Origin: a virus
Direction: 5' to 3' (one strand)
Length of the DNA stretch: 64,000 bases
Virus record (IMG/VR): IMGVR_UViG_3300001682_000633
Numbering within the stretch: position 1 is the first letter of the stretch; the number at the start of each line of letters is the position of its first letter. A program made the translations under genes and the position numbers. Shown here piece after piece: positions 36,393 to 47,518 of this stretch. Under the pieces are notes generated by a model, which worked only from the letters and a program-made list of their open reading frames with translations, did no database searches and was not told the DNA's origin.

Positions 36393-38348
36393 GTGCAGAT
36401 TGATAGAGAAGCAATTTTGCAGGCCAAAGAAAAGCTCGGAGATCGCAACGCTCAGATTATCGTCGAAGAGCTGGGGATTACCGATTTCGATGAGAAAAAC
36501 ATGAAGTGTTGCTGTCCTTTCCATCAGGAGGATCACGCTTCCTTCATTTACAACAAGAAAGCATTCAACTTTCGTTGTTTCGGTAGTTGTGGCCATAGCT
36601 ACGACATTCTGGACGTTTTCATGTATAAAGGCGCGACTTATGCCGAAGCCTGTAAGAAACTTTTCGAGCTTGCCGAAATGCCCTACTCTTTCGGAGAGCT
36701 GGGCGTGAAAACCAAGCGGCATTACAGATACCCCCATGAGGTTCCCTGCACTGATAAATCCAAAGTGTACGCATATTTCGAGCAGCGTAAGATCAGTTGT
36801 GAGACGCTGGATGCTCTCGATGTGCGGCAGGACTCCGAGGGGAACGCGGTATTCAACTACTACGACACAAACGATGTGTTGACGATGGTGAAATATAAAC
36901 CGTCGCATAAAGTCCAGCATGGTCAAGCAAAGTGCTGGTGCCAGCAAAACTCTGATACGGCTCCGTTGTTGTTCAACATGAACCGTATCAACGTTAATTC
37001 TCCCCTTCTGATCTGTGAGGGCGAGCCGGACTGTCTTAGCGCGATTGAGGCAGGATTCAAAAATGCTGTTTCCGTCCCTCTGGGCAGTTCAAATCTCCAC
37101 TGGATCGACGAAAACCTGGAATGGCTCGATCAGTTTGAGAGCATTATCATTTGCGCCGACAACGATGACGCCGGCGTGAAAATGCAGAAAGAGTGCGTTC
37201 CCCGACTGGGTAGCTGGCGAACAAAGGTCGTAGACATCCCGGCAATCCCTATTGGAAATACTGGACGGGTAACAAAAGACCTGAACGAGATCCTTTACGT
37301 TTGCGGCAAAGACAAAGTGTTAGAGCTGATCTTGGACGCTAAGGACTCCCCTGTTCCTTCCGTAGCTGACCTTTCCGATGTCGAGCCGACCGAGTATGAG
37401 GATGTTGACGGTGTAACTACCGGGCTGAAAGCCATTGATGATGAGCTGATGCGGCTCTTTTTCGGAACGCTTACTATTGTGAGTGGTCAGCCCGGATCTG
37501 GTAAGAGCAGTCTCCTTACTCAGCTCGCGTGTAACTCTCTCGATAATGACATCGGCACGTGGCTTTTCAGCGGCGAACTTCCCAACGGTGTAGAAAAGTC
37601 CTGGTTCAACTACATTTTCGCCGGCCCCCGCAATATCACGGATGCTATCTCTCGTCGGGGCAATCCTTACAAAAAGATTTCCACGACGACGCTTGCCGAG
37701 ATCAACAAGACCTATAAAGGGCGTTGGCATATCTATCGTGATGACTACGACAACACACTGGATAAGCTCATCGCCTCTATGACGGATACCGTTCGGAAGT
37801 ATGGTGCCCGTTGCCTGATTCTCGACAACTTCATGTGTATTGACACTGAAACCAGCGAAGAGGAGCTGCGCTCTCAGACAGATACTATTAAAAGGCTCAT
37901 TGAGTTTGCTAAGAAGTATCAAGTGGCTGTAATCCTTGTTTGCCACCCTCGAAAGATGGACGCCGGAACCAATGTAGGTATCTATGATATCGCCGGCACC
38001 AGTAACATCGTGAATCTGGCACATCGGACTATTGGCCTGCGGCGAGTGACGGACGCAGAGCGTGAGAATGCTGCGAAATATTCTGAGAAGCGCCGCCAGT
38101 TGCTCAAGTACGATGTAATCGTAACCATCGTCAAAGACCGTATGTTTGGCCGGCAGAATATCGACGTTGGCCTCTATTACGATCCCGCTTCCCGCCGTTT
38201 CTTCGGCGATATGGACGAGTACGACCGTCGTTTCTCTTGGGATAAGAAGGAGTACAAAGAGCCTTTGCCTCTCCCTCCTCAGCTGCTTGCTGAAGAGCGT
38301 GCCTCCGAAGATGAAGCATTTGGAGCGGTGAACGACAGAGAGGGCTAA
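36393..38348 (+). CDS. Primase-helicase (T7 gp4/Twinkle-like)
   Basis: CPFH zinc finger, TOPRIM ICEGEPD and ADNDDAG, Walker A GQPGSGKS, ILDN, HPRK. Confidence 0.9.
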   Translation: MQIDREAILQAKEKLGDRNAQIIVEELGITDFDEKNMKCCCPFHQEDHASFIYNKKAFNFRCFGSCGHSYDILDVFMYKGATYAEACKKLFELAEMPYSFGELGVKTKRHYRYPHEVPCTDKSKVYAYFEQRKISCETLDALDVRQDSEGNAVFNYYDTNDVLTMVKYKPSHKVQHGQAKCWCQQNSDTAPLLFNMNRINVNSPLLICEGEPDCLSAIEAGFKNAVSVPLGSSNLHWIDENLEWLDQFESIIICADNDDAGVKMQKECVPRLGSWRTKVVDIPAIPIGNTGRVTKDLNEILYVCGKDKVLELILDAKDSPVPSVADLSDVEPTEYEDVDGVTTGLKAIDDELMRLFFGTLTIVSGQPGSGKSSLLTQLACNSLDNDIGTWLFSGELPNGVEKSWFNYIFAGPRNITDAISRRGNPYKKISTTTLAEINKTYKGRWHIYRDDYDNTLDKLIASMTDTVRKYGARCLILDNFMCIDTETSEEELRSQTDTIKRLIEFAKKYQVAVILVCHPRKMDAGTNVGIYDIAGTSNIVNLAHRTIGLRRVTDAERENAAKYSEKRRQLLKYDVIVTIVKDRMFGRQNIDVGLYYDPASRRFFGDMDEYDRRFSWDKKEYKEPLPLPPQLLAEERASEDEAFGAVNDREG

Positions 38349-38350
38349 CT

Positions 38351-38566
38351 ATGGTGGATTTCGGAATATGTGACTGTGGCGGTAGCCTTATCCCTGTTTG
38401 GTTTACAGAAGAAGAAACAAAAATTGCTAATGGCGCTATGTATAAGACAGGCCGAGTTCGTAGGGCGTGTTCTCATCTTGTATGTGAGGATTGTCTGAAA
38501 AACTTTTGCGTTGACGGTATCTTTGACGGGCCATGGCACAATGGAGGTAATTTTATTGAGCGGTAA
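38351..38566 (+). CDS. Small Cys-rich protein
   Basis: CDCG...CEDC, 71 aa. Confidence 0.6.
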   Translation: MVDFGICDCGGSLIPVWFTEEETKIANGAMYKTGRVRRACSHLVCEDCLKNFCVDGIFDGPWHNGGNFIER

Positions 38567-40974
38567 CTATACGGCATACCATATCCATACTGAACTGTCG
38601 CTGTTAGACAGCGCGACGAAGTTTGAGGGGTATATCGCTAAGGCTGTCGAGCTGGGGCAGACTGCCATTGCTTTTACGGAGCATGGTAACATCTATCAGT
38701 GGGTCGCCAAAAAGATAGCCTGTGATAAGGCCGGATTGAAATATCTGCACGGCTGCGAAGTCTATTTGACCGAAAAGCTATTGCTTACCGATCCACGCAC
38801 CGGAGAGCAGAACAAGGTACGCGATAACTACCACACCATCTTGATTGCCAAGAACTACGCTGGTCTTCAGGAGATGAACGAGCTAATCAGCCGATCAAGC
38901 CAGGACGACCACTTTTACTACAAACGACGTATCACGTTTGATGAGTTTCTTGGTATTTCCAGTAACGTCATTAAGATCAGTGCCTGCCTTGCTTCCCCGT
39001 TGAATCGCATGAGCATTACTCATCCTATGTATGAGCGGCTGCTGAAGCACTACGACTATCTGGAAATCCAAGCGCATGACCACCCGGAGCAGGTTGCCTA
39101 CAATCGTCACTTGGCAGAAATGTCTCAGAAATACGGCATCCCGCTCATTGCAGGTACCGATACTCATAGCCTCAACAAATACAAGGCTGAGTGCCGAACG
39201 ATCTTGCAGTTGAGTAAACACATCGAGTTTGCCGACGAAGATACGTTTGACCTTACCTATAAATCCTATGACGAGTTGGTAGCAATGTTCGCAACGCAGG
39301 ACGCCTTGCCGGAAGCGATGTATTTGGAGGCCATTGAGAACACCAATCGTATGGCCGACTCTGTAGAGCCGTTTGAGTTGGACGTCTCTTTCAAGTACCC
39401 CATTCTCTATGGCGAACGTGATCGAGAGGTGCTTCATCAAGTTCTTGACGATAACCTGCAAGCAAAGGTCAAAGAGGGCGCTATCACTCCAGAGCAGGTC
39501 GAGCCGTTCAAAGCGGCCATTGCTGAGGAATGCCGGGTCTTTGACAAAATCGAGATGCCCGGCTTCATGCTTTTCATGAGTGAATTGGTGACATGGTGTA
39601 AATCTCATGGTATCCCCATTGGTTTCAATCGTGGTTCTTGTGGTGGATCTCGTGTAGCTTATGTCACCAATACAACAGACCTCAATCCTGAGACATGGCA
39701 TACAGTGTTCAGCCGCTTCTGTAACGAAGATCGTAAGGAGATTGGCGATATTGATATCGACGTGTCTCCCTCCCAGCGTGATCTGGTTTACGACTACATC
39801 ATCAACCGTTTTGGTCAGGAAAAGACCGCGTTTATTCTGGCGATCGGCACTATCAAATCCAAAGGCTGTATTGACGAGATCTGCCGTGCTTTGGCACTGC
39901 GTTGGAATCGTGAACACCAACGGGATGAGAAAGAGTTCCGTAGAGTGATGGCACAGCTCAAAGATGAGAACGTGAAGATCGTTTTTGGAGATGCGCGAGA
40001 CGGCTTTAACCTGTATTTCTTTGATGAGGCCGGCAATCTTCTTTTGCCCAGCCGCATGAAGGACATTCCCCGCGCCGAGCTGATCAAGCAGTTTTCCAAA
40101 GAATACACAAAACTCAAAGAGGAAAACGAAAGGATCTTTGCTAAGAACCCCTGGGCTGGTAAGGCGAGCGCCAATATCAAAAAGGAGTTTGAGGCAGACG
40201 AGGCAGCGGCTCGGGAAAAGTATCCCGAAGTATTCTACTACTACGACGGGCTTCTTGACGTAGCGATCTCTCAGTCTATGCACCCTGCCGGTATTGTGGC
40301 AAGTCCTATTACCCTCCGAGATAACTACGGTACATTCATCTCTGACGGGAAGGAAATCCTGCAGATTGACATGGAGTGTGTGCATGAGGTCAGCTTGGTC
40401 AAGTATGATATTCTCGGGTTGAAAAACATCGAGATTATCAAAGACGCTTATGAGCTGCTGGGTAAGCCTTACCCAAAGTCTCACGAAATCAACTGGAATG
40501 ATGAGGCTGTCTGGAAGGATATGCTGAGATCTCCCATTGGTATCTTCCAGTTTGAAGGAGAGTTCGCGTTCCAGATGCTCAGGCAGTACGAGCCGCACAG
40601 CATTTTTGATATGAGCCTTGTTACGGCGGCGCTTCGTCCTTCGGGCGCGTCGTACCGTGACGACCTTATGCAGCACAAGCCTCACAAGAACCCCTCTCCC
40701 ATCATCGACGAACTTTTGGCAGATAACAACGGCTATCTTATTTACCAAGAGGACGTTATCAAGTTCCTACAGCAAATCTGCGGCTTCTCCGGGTCAGATG
40801 CAGATAACACCCGCCGCGCTATCGGACGAAAAGACGAAGAACGGTTGAAAAAAGCTCTCCCGCAAATTCTTGAGGGATATTGTGAAAAGTCACCGCAACC
40901 CCGTGAAGTTGCAGAACAGGAAGCAAAGGAGTTCTTGCAGATCATCCAGGACGCTTCCAGCTATATGTTTGGGT
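38556..40974 (+). CDS. dnaE: DNA polymerase III alpha subunit, exon 1
   Basis: PHP domain HIHTELS, FTEHG; RGSCGGS, GDIDID, HPAG, KYDILGL, GIFQFE, IYQED; ends YMFG+T. Confidence 0.93.
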
Positions 40975-41860
40975 TAATGGTTAGCTCATTCTTTGTGAAC
41001 CCCATTGTTCAGGGGTGTGCCGCTTGAAGCGGTGCTAACGGTATCAGATGAATAAGACCGGTCTATGAAGCCTTACAAGGAGATATAGACCAATCCCATG
41101 GACGAAGCCTCTGACTAAGAGAACCTACGGCCCGGAGACGGGTAGCAGGCAATACCGTGCCAAGCTGATAGCAACCAGCAATAAAATTATAGGAGGTGAG
41201 ATAATGAAATGGAAACCTGTTGTCGGATATGAAGGATACTATGAGGTAAGTAGCACTGGGTTTGTCCGTAGTATTGATCGTATTATTTACGATAAAAACG
41301 GGAAACAGAAGCGTCTTCTTGGAAAAGGGATGTGCCTTACTAAGAGCAAAGGGCGTAACAATGACGGATACTATGTGGTTAATCTCCGAAAGAACGGGAC
41401 ATCTAAAGTAGTTCCAGTACACGTATTAGTTGCAACCGCGTTTATCCCTAACCCTTTGAACTTGCCGACTGTCAATCATAAAGATGGTGATAAGTCTAAC
41501 AACAATGTCTGGAATTTGGAGTGGGCTTCATGGGCTGAAAACAACATTCATGCTTTGAAGAACCGTCTGAGAGTACCAAGAGGAAATCCAATTATTCAGA
41601 AAACATTAGATGGTAAACCTCTTGCACAATTTAGATCTACCTGTGAAGCAACGAGAAAAACCGGAGTAAGTACAGGATCTATTTCACATTGTCTAAATCA
41701 TCGTACAAATTCTGCTGGTGGATTTGTATGGGAAAAGCTATCAGAAGGTGTAACGACTATCCCGCAAGGGAGTACACCGGGGGATGAACTACCGGTGGAA
41801 GTGCAAGACAGCGTATGCTGAAGATATAGTCTGCTCCACATGGAAACAGTGGATTAAGTG
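40975..41860 (+). mobile_element. Group I self-splicing intron (886 nt) in dnaE
   Basis: Exon ends in U; P1 GGGTTAA/TTAGCTC with U.G at the splice site; P10 AATGGTT/AACCATT; P7 GACTAT/ATAGTC with AAGATATAGTC; terminal G; splicing restores YMFGYNHSVGYCMIGY. Confidence 0.92.
41204..41821 (+). CDS. Intron-encoded NUMOD4-HNH-NUMOD1 homing endonuclease
   Basis: WKPVVGYEGYYEVS, VHVLVATAFIPN, VNHKDGDKSNN..NLEW. Confidence 0.9.
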   Translation: MKWKPVVGYEGYYEVSSTGFVRSIDRIIYDKNGKQKRLLGKGMCLTKSKGRNNDGYYVVNLRKNGTSKVVPVHVLVATAFIPNPLNLPTVNHKDGDKSNNNVWNLEWASWAENNIHALKNRLRVPRGNPIIQKTLDGKPLAQFRSTCEATRKTGVSTGSISHCLNHRTNSAGGFVWEKLSEGVTTIPQGSTPGDELPVEVQDSVC

Positions 41861-42810
41861 ACAACCATTCAGTCGGGTACTGCATGATTGGCTATCTGTG
41901 CGCTTATCTGCGGTACTACCATCCGTATGAGTTCATCACAGCCTACCTTAACAATGCCAACGGCGAGGAGGATGTGAAGAACGGGAACGAGTTGGCAACG
42001 CTTTACGGTATCAGGATTGTCCCGCCGCGTTTTGGCCTTTCCAAGGATAAATATTTGCTGAATACCGAAGAGAAGGTTATCGCCAAGGGTATTTCTTCTG
42101 TAAAGTACATGAATGCCGATGTTGCCAACGAACTTTACGAGCTGGCAAAGGCCGGCAAGCCTAAATCTTTTATGGACTTGCTTATGCAGCTGGACGAGAA
42201 AACACACTTGGATACACGGCAGCGGGATATCTTGGTGAAGATCGACTATTTTGCCGAGTATGGCAATTCCAAAGAGTTGTTGCGTATGGTGGACTTCTTC
42301 TCTTTCTTCAAGAACGGAACGATGAAGAAGATCTCCAAGGACAAGGTAACGGCTGAATTGGAACCCATAATCGCCCAGTATGCAACTGATAAGTCCAAAA
42401 GCGGCCAGCCAGCTAAAAGCTATACCTTCACCGATTTACCCGGATTACTTCGGCATTTGGAAGTGATGGTCAAGGATATGCACATTCAGGATTTCGACCT
42501 GAAAAGCAAAATGCAGATTCAGTTGGAAAACCTGGGCTATATTGACCTGACCACCAATAAAAAAGAAGATCAGCGAAAGCTGGTCATTCTGGATATCTAC
42601 CCCTTGCGGAGCAAGAAAACCAAAGAGATTTGGGCTTATGCCTTGCAGGTGCGGTCGATTGGCACGGGGAAAACAAATCGGTGGACAATTTACTCAGAAC
42701 TCTACGATCGCAAACCGCTTCAACGCTACGACACCATTTATGTTCCTATGAATGGATGGGGCGAGCGGCGTGGGTATCTGTATTTGTACAACTACGACTA
42801 TGTAATTTAG
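41861..42810 (+). CDS. dnaE: DNA polymerase III alpha subunit, exon 2
   Basis: NHSVGY...YLRYYHPYEF, KGISSVKY; in frame after splicing (1122 aa total). Confidence 0.9.
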
Positions 42811-42822
42811 GAGGCATTTTCA

Positions 42823-43410
42823 ATGTACGAGACGAAATCGAAATGGTTCAAGAAGGTTCTCAGGGCGACGCTGTGTTTCTTGGTAGTCTGCGGATCTCTG
42901 AGTGCGATGTCGTTCGTCCCGAACAAAGAGGAGGAAACACCACAAATCCCCATCGAAACGGAACTTTGTGTTTACTCTGCGCCGCTTCAAGTATCGCCCA
43001 TACCTACGCCTATCCCTATTGAGGAAGAACCGGCAGAACCCGAGGCAGACCCTAACCCATATGCAGAACTGTCGCCCACGGACGCCGAAAAAGAGCTGCT
43101 GGCGTGTATGGCCTACGGCGAGGCGGGGAACCAGAGCTTTGATGGTCAGGTTGCCGTGGTACAGGTAGCACTTAATCGCTATATGCACGAAGCGTATTCC
43201 GGTAGTATCAGTGATATTCTCCTTGCGCCCTACCAGTTTGCAGTGGAAAGTCACTATGAGCCTGAGCAGATGGAAGCAGTAGAAGCTGCTCTTGCCGGCT
43301 ATCCGGCTTTGGATTTGAACACCGACGTGGTGTACTTTTCTACCGGATGTTTGACCTATGGTAGCTATTATAAGACGATCGGCGATCATGTCTTTCGCAC
43401 TTATACTTGA
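42823..43410 (+). CDS. Cell wall hydrolase (SleB/Hydrolase_2 family), membrane-anchored
   Basis: LLACMAYGEAG, AVVQVALNR, YQF, IGDHVF. Confidence 0.8.
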   Translation: MYETKSKWFKKVLRATLCFLVVCGSLSAMSFVPNKEEETPQIPIETELCVYSAPLQVSPIPTPIPIEEEPAEPEADPNPYAELSPTDAEKELLACMAYGEAGNQSFDGQVAVVQVALNRYMHEAYSGSISDILLAPYQFAVESHYEPEQMEAVEAALAGYPALDLNTDVVYFSTGCLTYGSYYKTIGDHVFRTYT

Positions 43411-43444
43411 TAGCAACAAAGTAAATTAAATAAGGAGGATCAAT

Positions 43445-44125
43445 ATGGGAACAGTTACAATTCAGCGGTTCACCTATAAGAACCCTATCTCCATGATCGG
43501 TGAGGAAGCCGGCGTCTGCTGGGGTGCAGATACCAGCGATCCCGAAAAAAACTACAAGCGCGGCTTGGATTGCTTGGAAAACGAGCACGGCAGAACATTT
43601 GAGTTCCCGGATGTCTATATGATCCTGGACGGCTATTCTGCCAGAGTGATCCGTGAGTGGTACACCCATATCGGCGGCGCTCCCACCAGACTGCAGGCCA
43701 GTACCAGATACATTGACTATGAAAGCGGCTTTGACTTTGTAACGCCTCCCAGCATCGCGGGAAACCCTGCCGCTGTCAAGATCTACAACTGGATTATGTC
43801 CCATATCCAGACCGGACTGCAGGCGCTGGAAAAGCTCGGTATTCCCAGAGAAGATACCGCACTCGGTCTTCCCTTGGGCATGAGCACTAAGGTTGTGTGC
43901 AAGCACAATCTCCGCAACCTGATTGATATGTCACATCAGCGGGAATGCAGCAGAGCTTATCATGAGTACCGTGGCCTGTTCGCCGACGTTGGTAATGCTC
44001 TGAGAGAGTATTCCGATGAGTGGGCATATCTGGTCGATCACTACTTTATGCCGAAGTGTGAATACTTCGGGTTCTGCCGGGAGAAGAAGTCCTGCGGTAG
44101 AAAAGGAAGGAGAGCTGCGGAATGA
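43445..44125 (+). CDS. thyX: FAD-dependent thymidylate synthase
   Basis: HGRTFEF, QASTRY, REDTALGLPLG, NLRNL, QRECSRAYHEYR. Confidence 0.85.
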   Translation: MGTVTIQRFTYKNPISMIGEEAGVCWGADTSDPEKNYKRGLDCLENEHGRTFEFPDVYMILDGYSARVIREWYTHIGGAPTRLQASTRYIDYESGFDFVTPPSIAGNPAAVKIYNWIMSHIQTGLQALEKLGIPREDTALGLPLGMSTKVVCKHNLRNLIDMSHQRECSRAYHEYRGLFADVGNALREYSDEWAYLVDHYFMPKCEYFGFCREKKSCGRKGRRAAE

Positions 44126-44685
44126 AAATCGTTTGCATTTCGGGTAAAGCCCAGCACGGCAAAGACACTACCGCCAAACTTTTGGAGGAGACTTTGAAAG
44201 CCCAAGGCAACCGTGTTTTGATTGCCCACTACGGCGATCTGGTCAAGTACGTATGTAAGACCTTCTTTGGCTGGGACGGCAAGAAGGATGAAAAGGGGCG
44301 CACGCTTCTCCAGCGTGTCGGTACTGACAAAATCCGCGCTGTCTCTCCTGATTACTGGGTAGATTTCATCGTCAGTATCCTCGACATCTTCTGCGACGAG
44401 TGGGATTACGTGCTTATCCCTGATACCCGTTTTCCCAACGAATATGAGATCTACGAGACCTACGGCATGGATGCTATCTTGCTGCGGGTAGTTCGCCCCA
44501 ACTTTGTGTCTCCGTTGACCGAGGAGCAGCAGAAGCACGCTTCGGAGACTGCATTGGACGATTACCAGTACGACGCTACGATCGTCAACGGCGGCAGTTT
44601 GGAAGATCTCAAAGAGGCCGTAAACAACTTTGTGAACAACGCTCTCAAAGGAGAACTCCATGAAGAAACTGACAATTCTGTTTGA
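44122..44685 (+). CDS. Deoxynucleoside monophosphate kinase
   Basis: ISGKAQHGKDT, RTLLQRVGTD, DTRFPNE, HASET. Confidence 0.85.
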   Translation: MKIVCISGKAQHGKDTTAKLLEETLKAQGNRVLIAHYGDLVKYVCKTFFGWDGKKDEKGRTLLQRVGTDKIRAVSPDYWVDFIVSILDIFCDEWDYVLIPDTRFPNEYEIYETYGMDAILLRVVRPNFVSPLTEEQQKHASETALDDYQYDATIVNGGSLEDLKEAVNNFVNNALKGELHEETDNSV

Positions 44686-45211
44686 TGCCGACGATACCGT
44701 AGAAAACCTGAGCGATTGCTGGATCGCAATGCTAAACGAGCGTTATGGCACTTCCGTAACTCCGGAAGATGTTCACGGCTGGGACATCTCCCTTGCTTTC
44801 CCCACGCTGACGAAAGAGCAGGTATTCAGCGTACTCCATGATGACGAGCTTTGGCGGCGTATCACTCCGATCCCCGGCTCTGTTGAGGTACTCCAAAAGC
44901 TCTATGACGAGGGGCACCAGCTCTACATGGTGACTGCATCCAGCTATCATACCTGCAAAACGAAGGTGGAACGGCTTTTAGAGCTGTTCCCCTTCCTGGA
45001 TTGGAAGCACATCATTTTTGCCTGCAACAAGCAAATGGTACGTGGTGACGTTTTGATTGACGACGCCCCACACAACTTAGTTGGAGGCGAATACACCAAA
45101 ATTCTTTTTGACCGTCCCCATAATCGTAGCTTCGATCATGTAGCTAATGATGCTCTTCGGGTAAACACGTGGGAAGAAATTGACCAAGTTATCCACAGCT
45201 ATCTTTTGTAA
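44660..45211 (+). CDS. 5'(3')-deoxyribonucleotidase (HAD)
   Basis: FDADDT, VTAS, LIDDAPHNL, PHNR. Confidence 0.85.
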   Translation: MKKLTILFDADDTVENLSDCWIAMLNERYGTSVTPEDVHGWDISLAFPTLTKEQVFSVLHDDELWRRITPIPGSVEVLQKLYDEGHQLYMVTASSYHTCKTKVERLLELFPFLDWKHIIFACNKQMVRGDVLIDDAPHNLVGGEYTKILFDRPHNRSFDHVANDALRVNTWEEIDQVIHSYLL

Positions 45212-45223
45212 GGAGGAATTTTT

Positions 45224-47518
45224 ATGGTTGTCATTAAACGTGATGGCCGTGAAGCCGACTTTGACAACGGCAAAATTGCCAACGCCATTCTCAAGGCATT
45301 CACGGAGGTTGAAAAGCTCAGTGCAGTAGGAGATAAGAACGAGGTATCCAAAAAAATCTCCACCCGTTTGTATAACCGCTATCAGCGGCGCAACCGTGCG
45401 ATTTCTGTTGAGGAAATCCAGGACGACGTGGAAACTGAGCTGATGAAAGAGGGCGAGTTCGTAGTCGCCAAAGCGTACATCAAGTACCGCTATGAACATG
45501 AGCTTCTGCGGAACGCTTCTTCTCTGGACGGCAAAATCCTCTCTATTGCGGATAACGTCAATGAAACGGTCATCCAGGAGAACAGCAACAAAAATCCCAC
45601 GATCCTCTCTACCCAGAGAGATTACATCGCCGGCGAGGTAAGCCGCGATATTACTGACCGTCTGCTTATGCCGGATGACATTAAGCAGGCACACGAAGAG
45701 GGCATTATCCACTTCCATGACAGCGACTACTTTGTGCAGCACATGATGAACTGCTGCCTGATCAATCTGGAAGATATGCTCCAGAACGGCACAGTTATTT
45801 CCGGCACCTTGATTGAAAAGCCCCACTCCTTCTCAACCGCCTGCAACGTCGCTACCCAGATTATTGCTCAGGTAGCCAGCAATCAGTATGGCGGTCAGTC
45901 TATCTCCCTATCCCACCTTGCCCCCTTTGTTGAGGTAAGCCGGCAAAAGATTCGTAAACAGGTAGAGGCTGAGTTCCTGAAAATTTCTTCCCCGGACAAC
46001 TTTGCAGACCCTGAGAAAGTGATCTCTGATCTGGTCGAAGAGCGTGTCCGTGAAGAAGTAAAGAAGGGCGTTCAGACTATCCAGTATCAAGTGATTACCC
46101 TTATGACCACCAACGGTCAGGCTCCCTTCATTACCGTCTTTATGTATCTGAACGAGGTCAGCGATCCTCAGACCAAGAAAGACCTCGCTATGATCATCGA
46201 GGAAGTTGTGCGGCAGCGATACCAAGGCGTCAAAAATGAGAAGGGCGTTTGGACGACCCCGGCGTTCCCCAAGCTGATTTACGTGCTGGAGGAGGATAAC
46301 ATCACCGAGGATTCTCCCTACTGGTATCTGACAGAGCTGTGTGCCAAGTGCTCTGCCAAACGGCTGGTGCCCGACTACATCTCCGAAAAGAAGATGCGTG
46401 AGTACAAGCTGTCCAAGGGCGAAACTGAAGGTAACGGCGATTGCTATACCTGTATGGGATGCCGTAGCTTCTTGACACCCGACCGCTCCGGTAACGGTTG
46501 GGACAATGTTGCCAATGCCGGCAATTATCAGCCCGACAAGCCCAAGTATTACGGGCGTTTCAACCAGGGAGTCGTCACCATCAACCTCCCCGATGTTGCT
46601 CTGAGCGCTTTGAAAGTTTGGGAGGCAACCGGCGACCATAACGATGTCCAGGATCTGTACGACACCTTCTGGGAGATTTTCGATGAGCGGCTGGAGCTGT
46701 GTCATAAGGCGCTGCAAATCCGTCACGAGCGTTTGAGCGGCACCCTGTCCGACGCTTCTCCCATCCACTGGCAGTACGGCGCTTTGGCCCGCCTGAAAAA
46801 GGGTGAAACCATCGACAAGCTGCTTCACGGCGGTTACTCCACCATCTCTTTGGGTTATGCCGGCCTGTACGAATGCGTCATGGCGATGACTGGCAAGAGC
46901 CATACCGACCCGGACGGCGAACCTTTTGCTCTCAAGGTCATGCAGTACATGAACGACAAGTGCGCTGCATGGAAAGCCGCTGAGGATATCGACTATTCTC
47001 TCTACGGCACTCCTATTGAGAGCACCACCTATAAATTTGCCAAGTGTCTGCAAAAGCGCTTTGGTGTGATCGAGGGCATCACCGATAAGGGCTACATCAC
47101 CAACTCCTATCACGTTCACGTCACAGAGCATATCAACGCTTTTGATAAGCTGAGATTTGAGTCTCAGTTCCAGAAGCTCTCTCCGGGCGGAGCAATCAGC
47201 TACATCGAAGTGGCGAACCTCTCTGACAACATTCCCGCCGTACTGACAGTGTTGAAGTACATCTACGACAACATCATGTATGCGGAACTGAACACGAAAT
47301 CCGACTACTGCCAGGTGTGCGGCTGGGATAAGGAAATCGAGATTGTGGACGACGATCGCGGCAAGCTGATCTGGAAGTGCCCCAACTGCGGGAATACCGA
47401 TAAGAGCAAGATGAACATTGCGCGGCGTACCTGCGGCTACATCGGCCTGAATGACTGGAATCAGGGCAGAACGCAAGAAATCAAAGAACGTTATGTCCAC
47501 CTGGGTGGCGACGAATGA
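45224..47518 (+). CDS. nrdD: Anaerobic ribonucleoside-triphosphate reductase
   Basis: ATP cone VIKRDG, HFHD, NCCL, MGCRS, TNSYH, RRTCGYIG glycyl-radical loop. Confidence 0.95.
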   Translation: MVVIKRDGREADFDNGKIANAILKAFTEVEKLSAVGDKNEVSKKISTRLYNRYQRRNRAISVEEIQDDVETELMKEGEFVVAKAYIKYRYEHELLRNASSLDGKILSIADNVNETVIQENSNKNPTILSTQRDYIAGEVSRDITDRLLMPDDIKQAHEEGIIHFHDSDYFVQHMMNCCLINLEDMLQNGTVISGTLIEKPHSFSTACNVATQIIAQVASNQYGGQSISLSHLAPFVEVSRQKIRKQVEAEFLKISSPDNFADPEKVISDLVEERVREEVKKGVQTIQYQVITLMTTNGQAPFITVFMYLNEVSDPQTKKDLAMIIEEVVRQRYQGVKNEKGVWTTPAFPKLIYVLEEDNITEDSPYWYLTELCAKCSAKRLVPDYISEKKMREYKLSKGETEGNGDCYTCMGCRSFLTPDRSGNGWDNVANAGNYQPDKPKYYGRFNQGVVTINLPDVALSALKVWEATGDHNDVQDLYDTFWEIFDERLELCHKALQIRHERLSGTLSDASPIHWQYGALARLKKGETIDKLLHGGYSTISLGYAGLYECVMAMTGKSHTDPDGEPFALKVMQYMNDKCAAWKAAEDIDYSLYGTPIESTTYKFAKCLQKRFGVIEGITDKGYITNSYHVHVTEHINAFDKLRFESQFQKLSPGGAISYIEVANLSDNIPAVLTVLKYIYDNIMYAELNTKSDYCQVCGWDKEIEIVDDDRGKLIWKCPNCGNTDKSKMNIARRTCGYIGLNDWNQGRTQEIKERYVHLGGDE

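Noticed and set aside
36393..47518. Inteins in the primase-helicase, DnaE or NrdD
   Set aside because: No C/S...HN-C/S/T boundaries or LAGLIDADG blocks; lengths are ordinary
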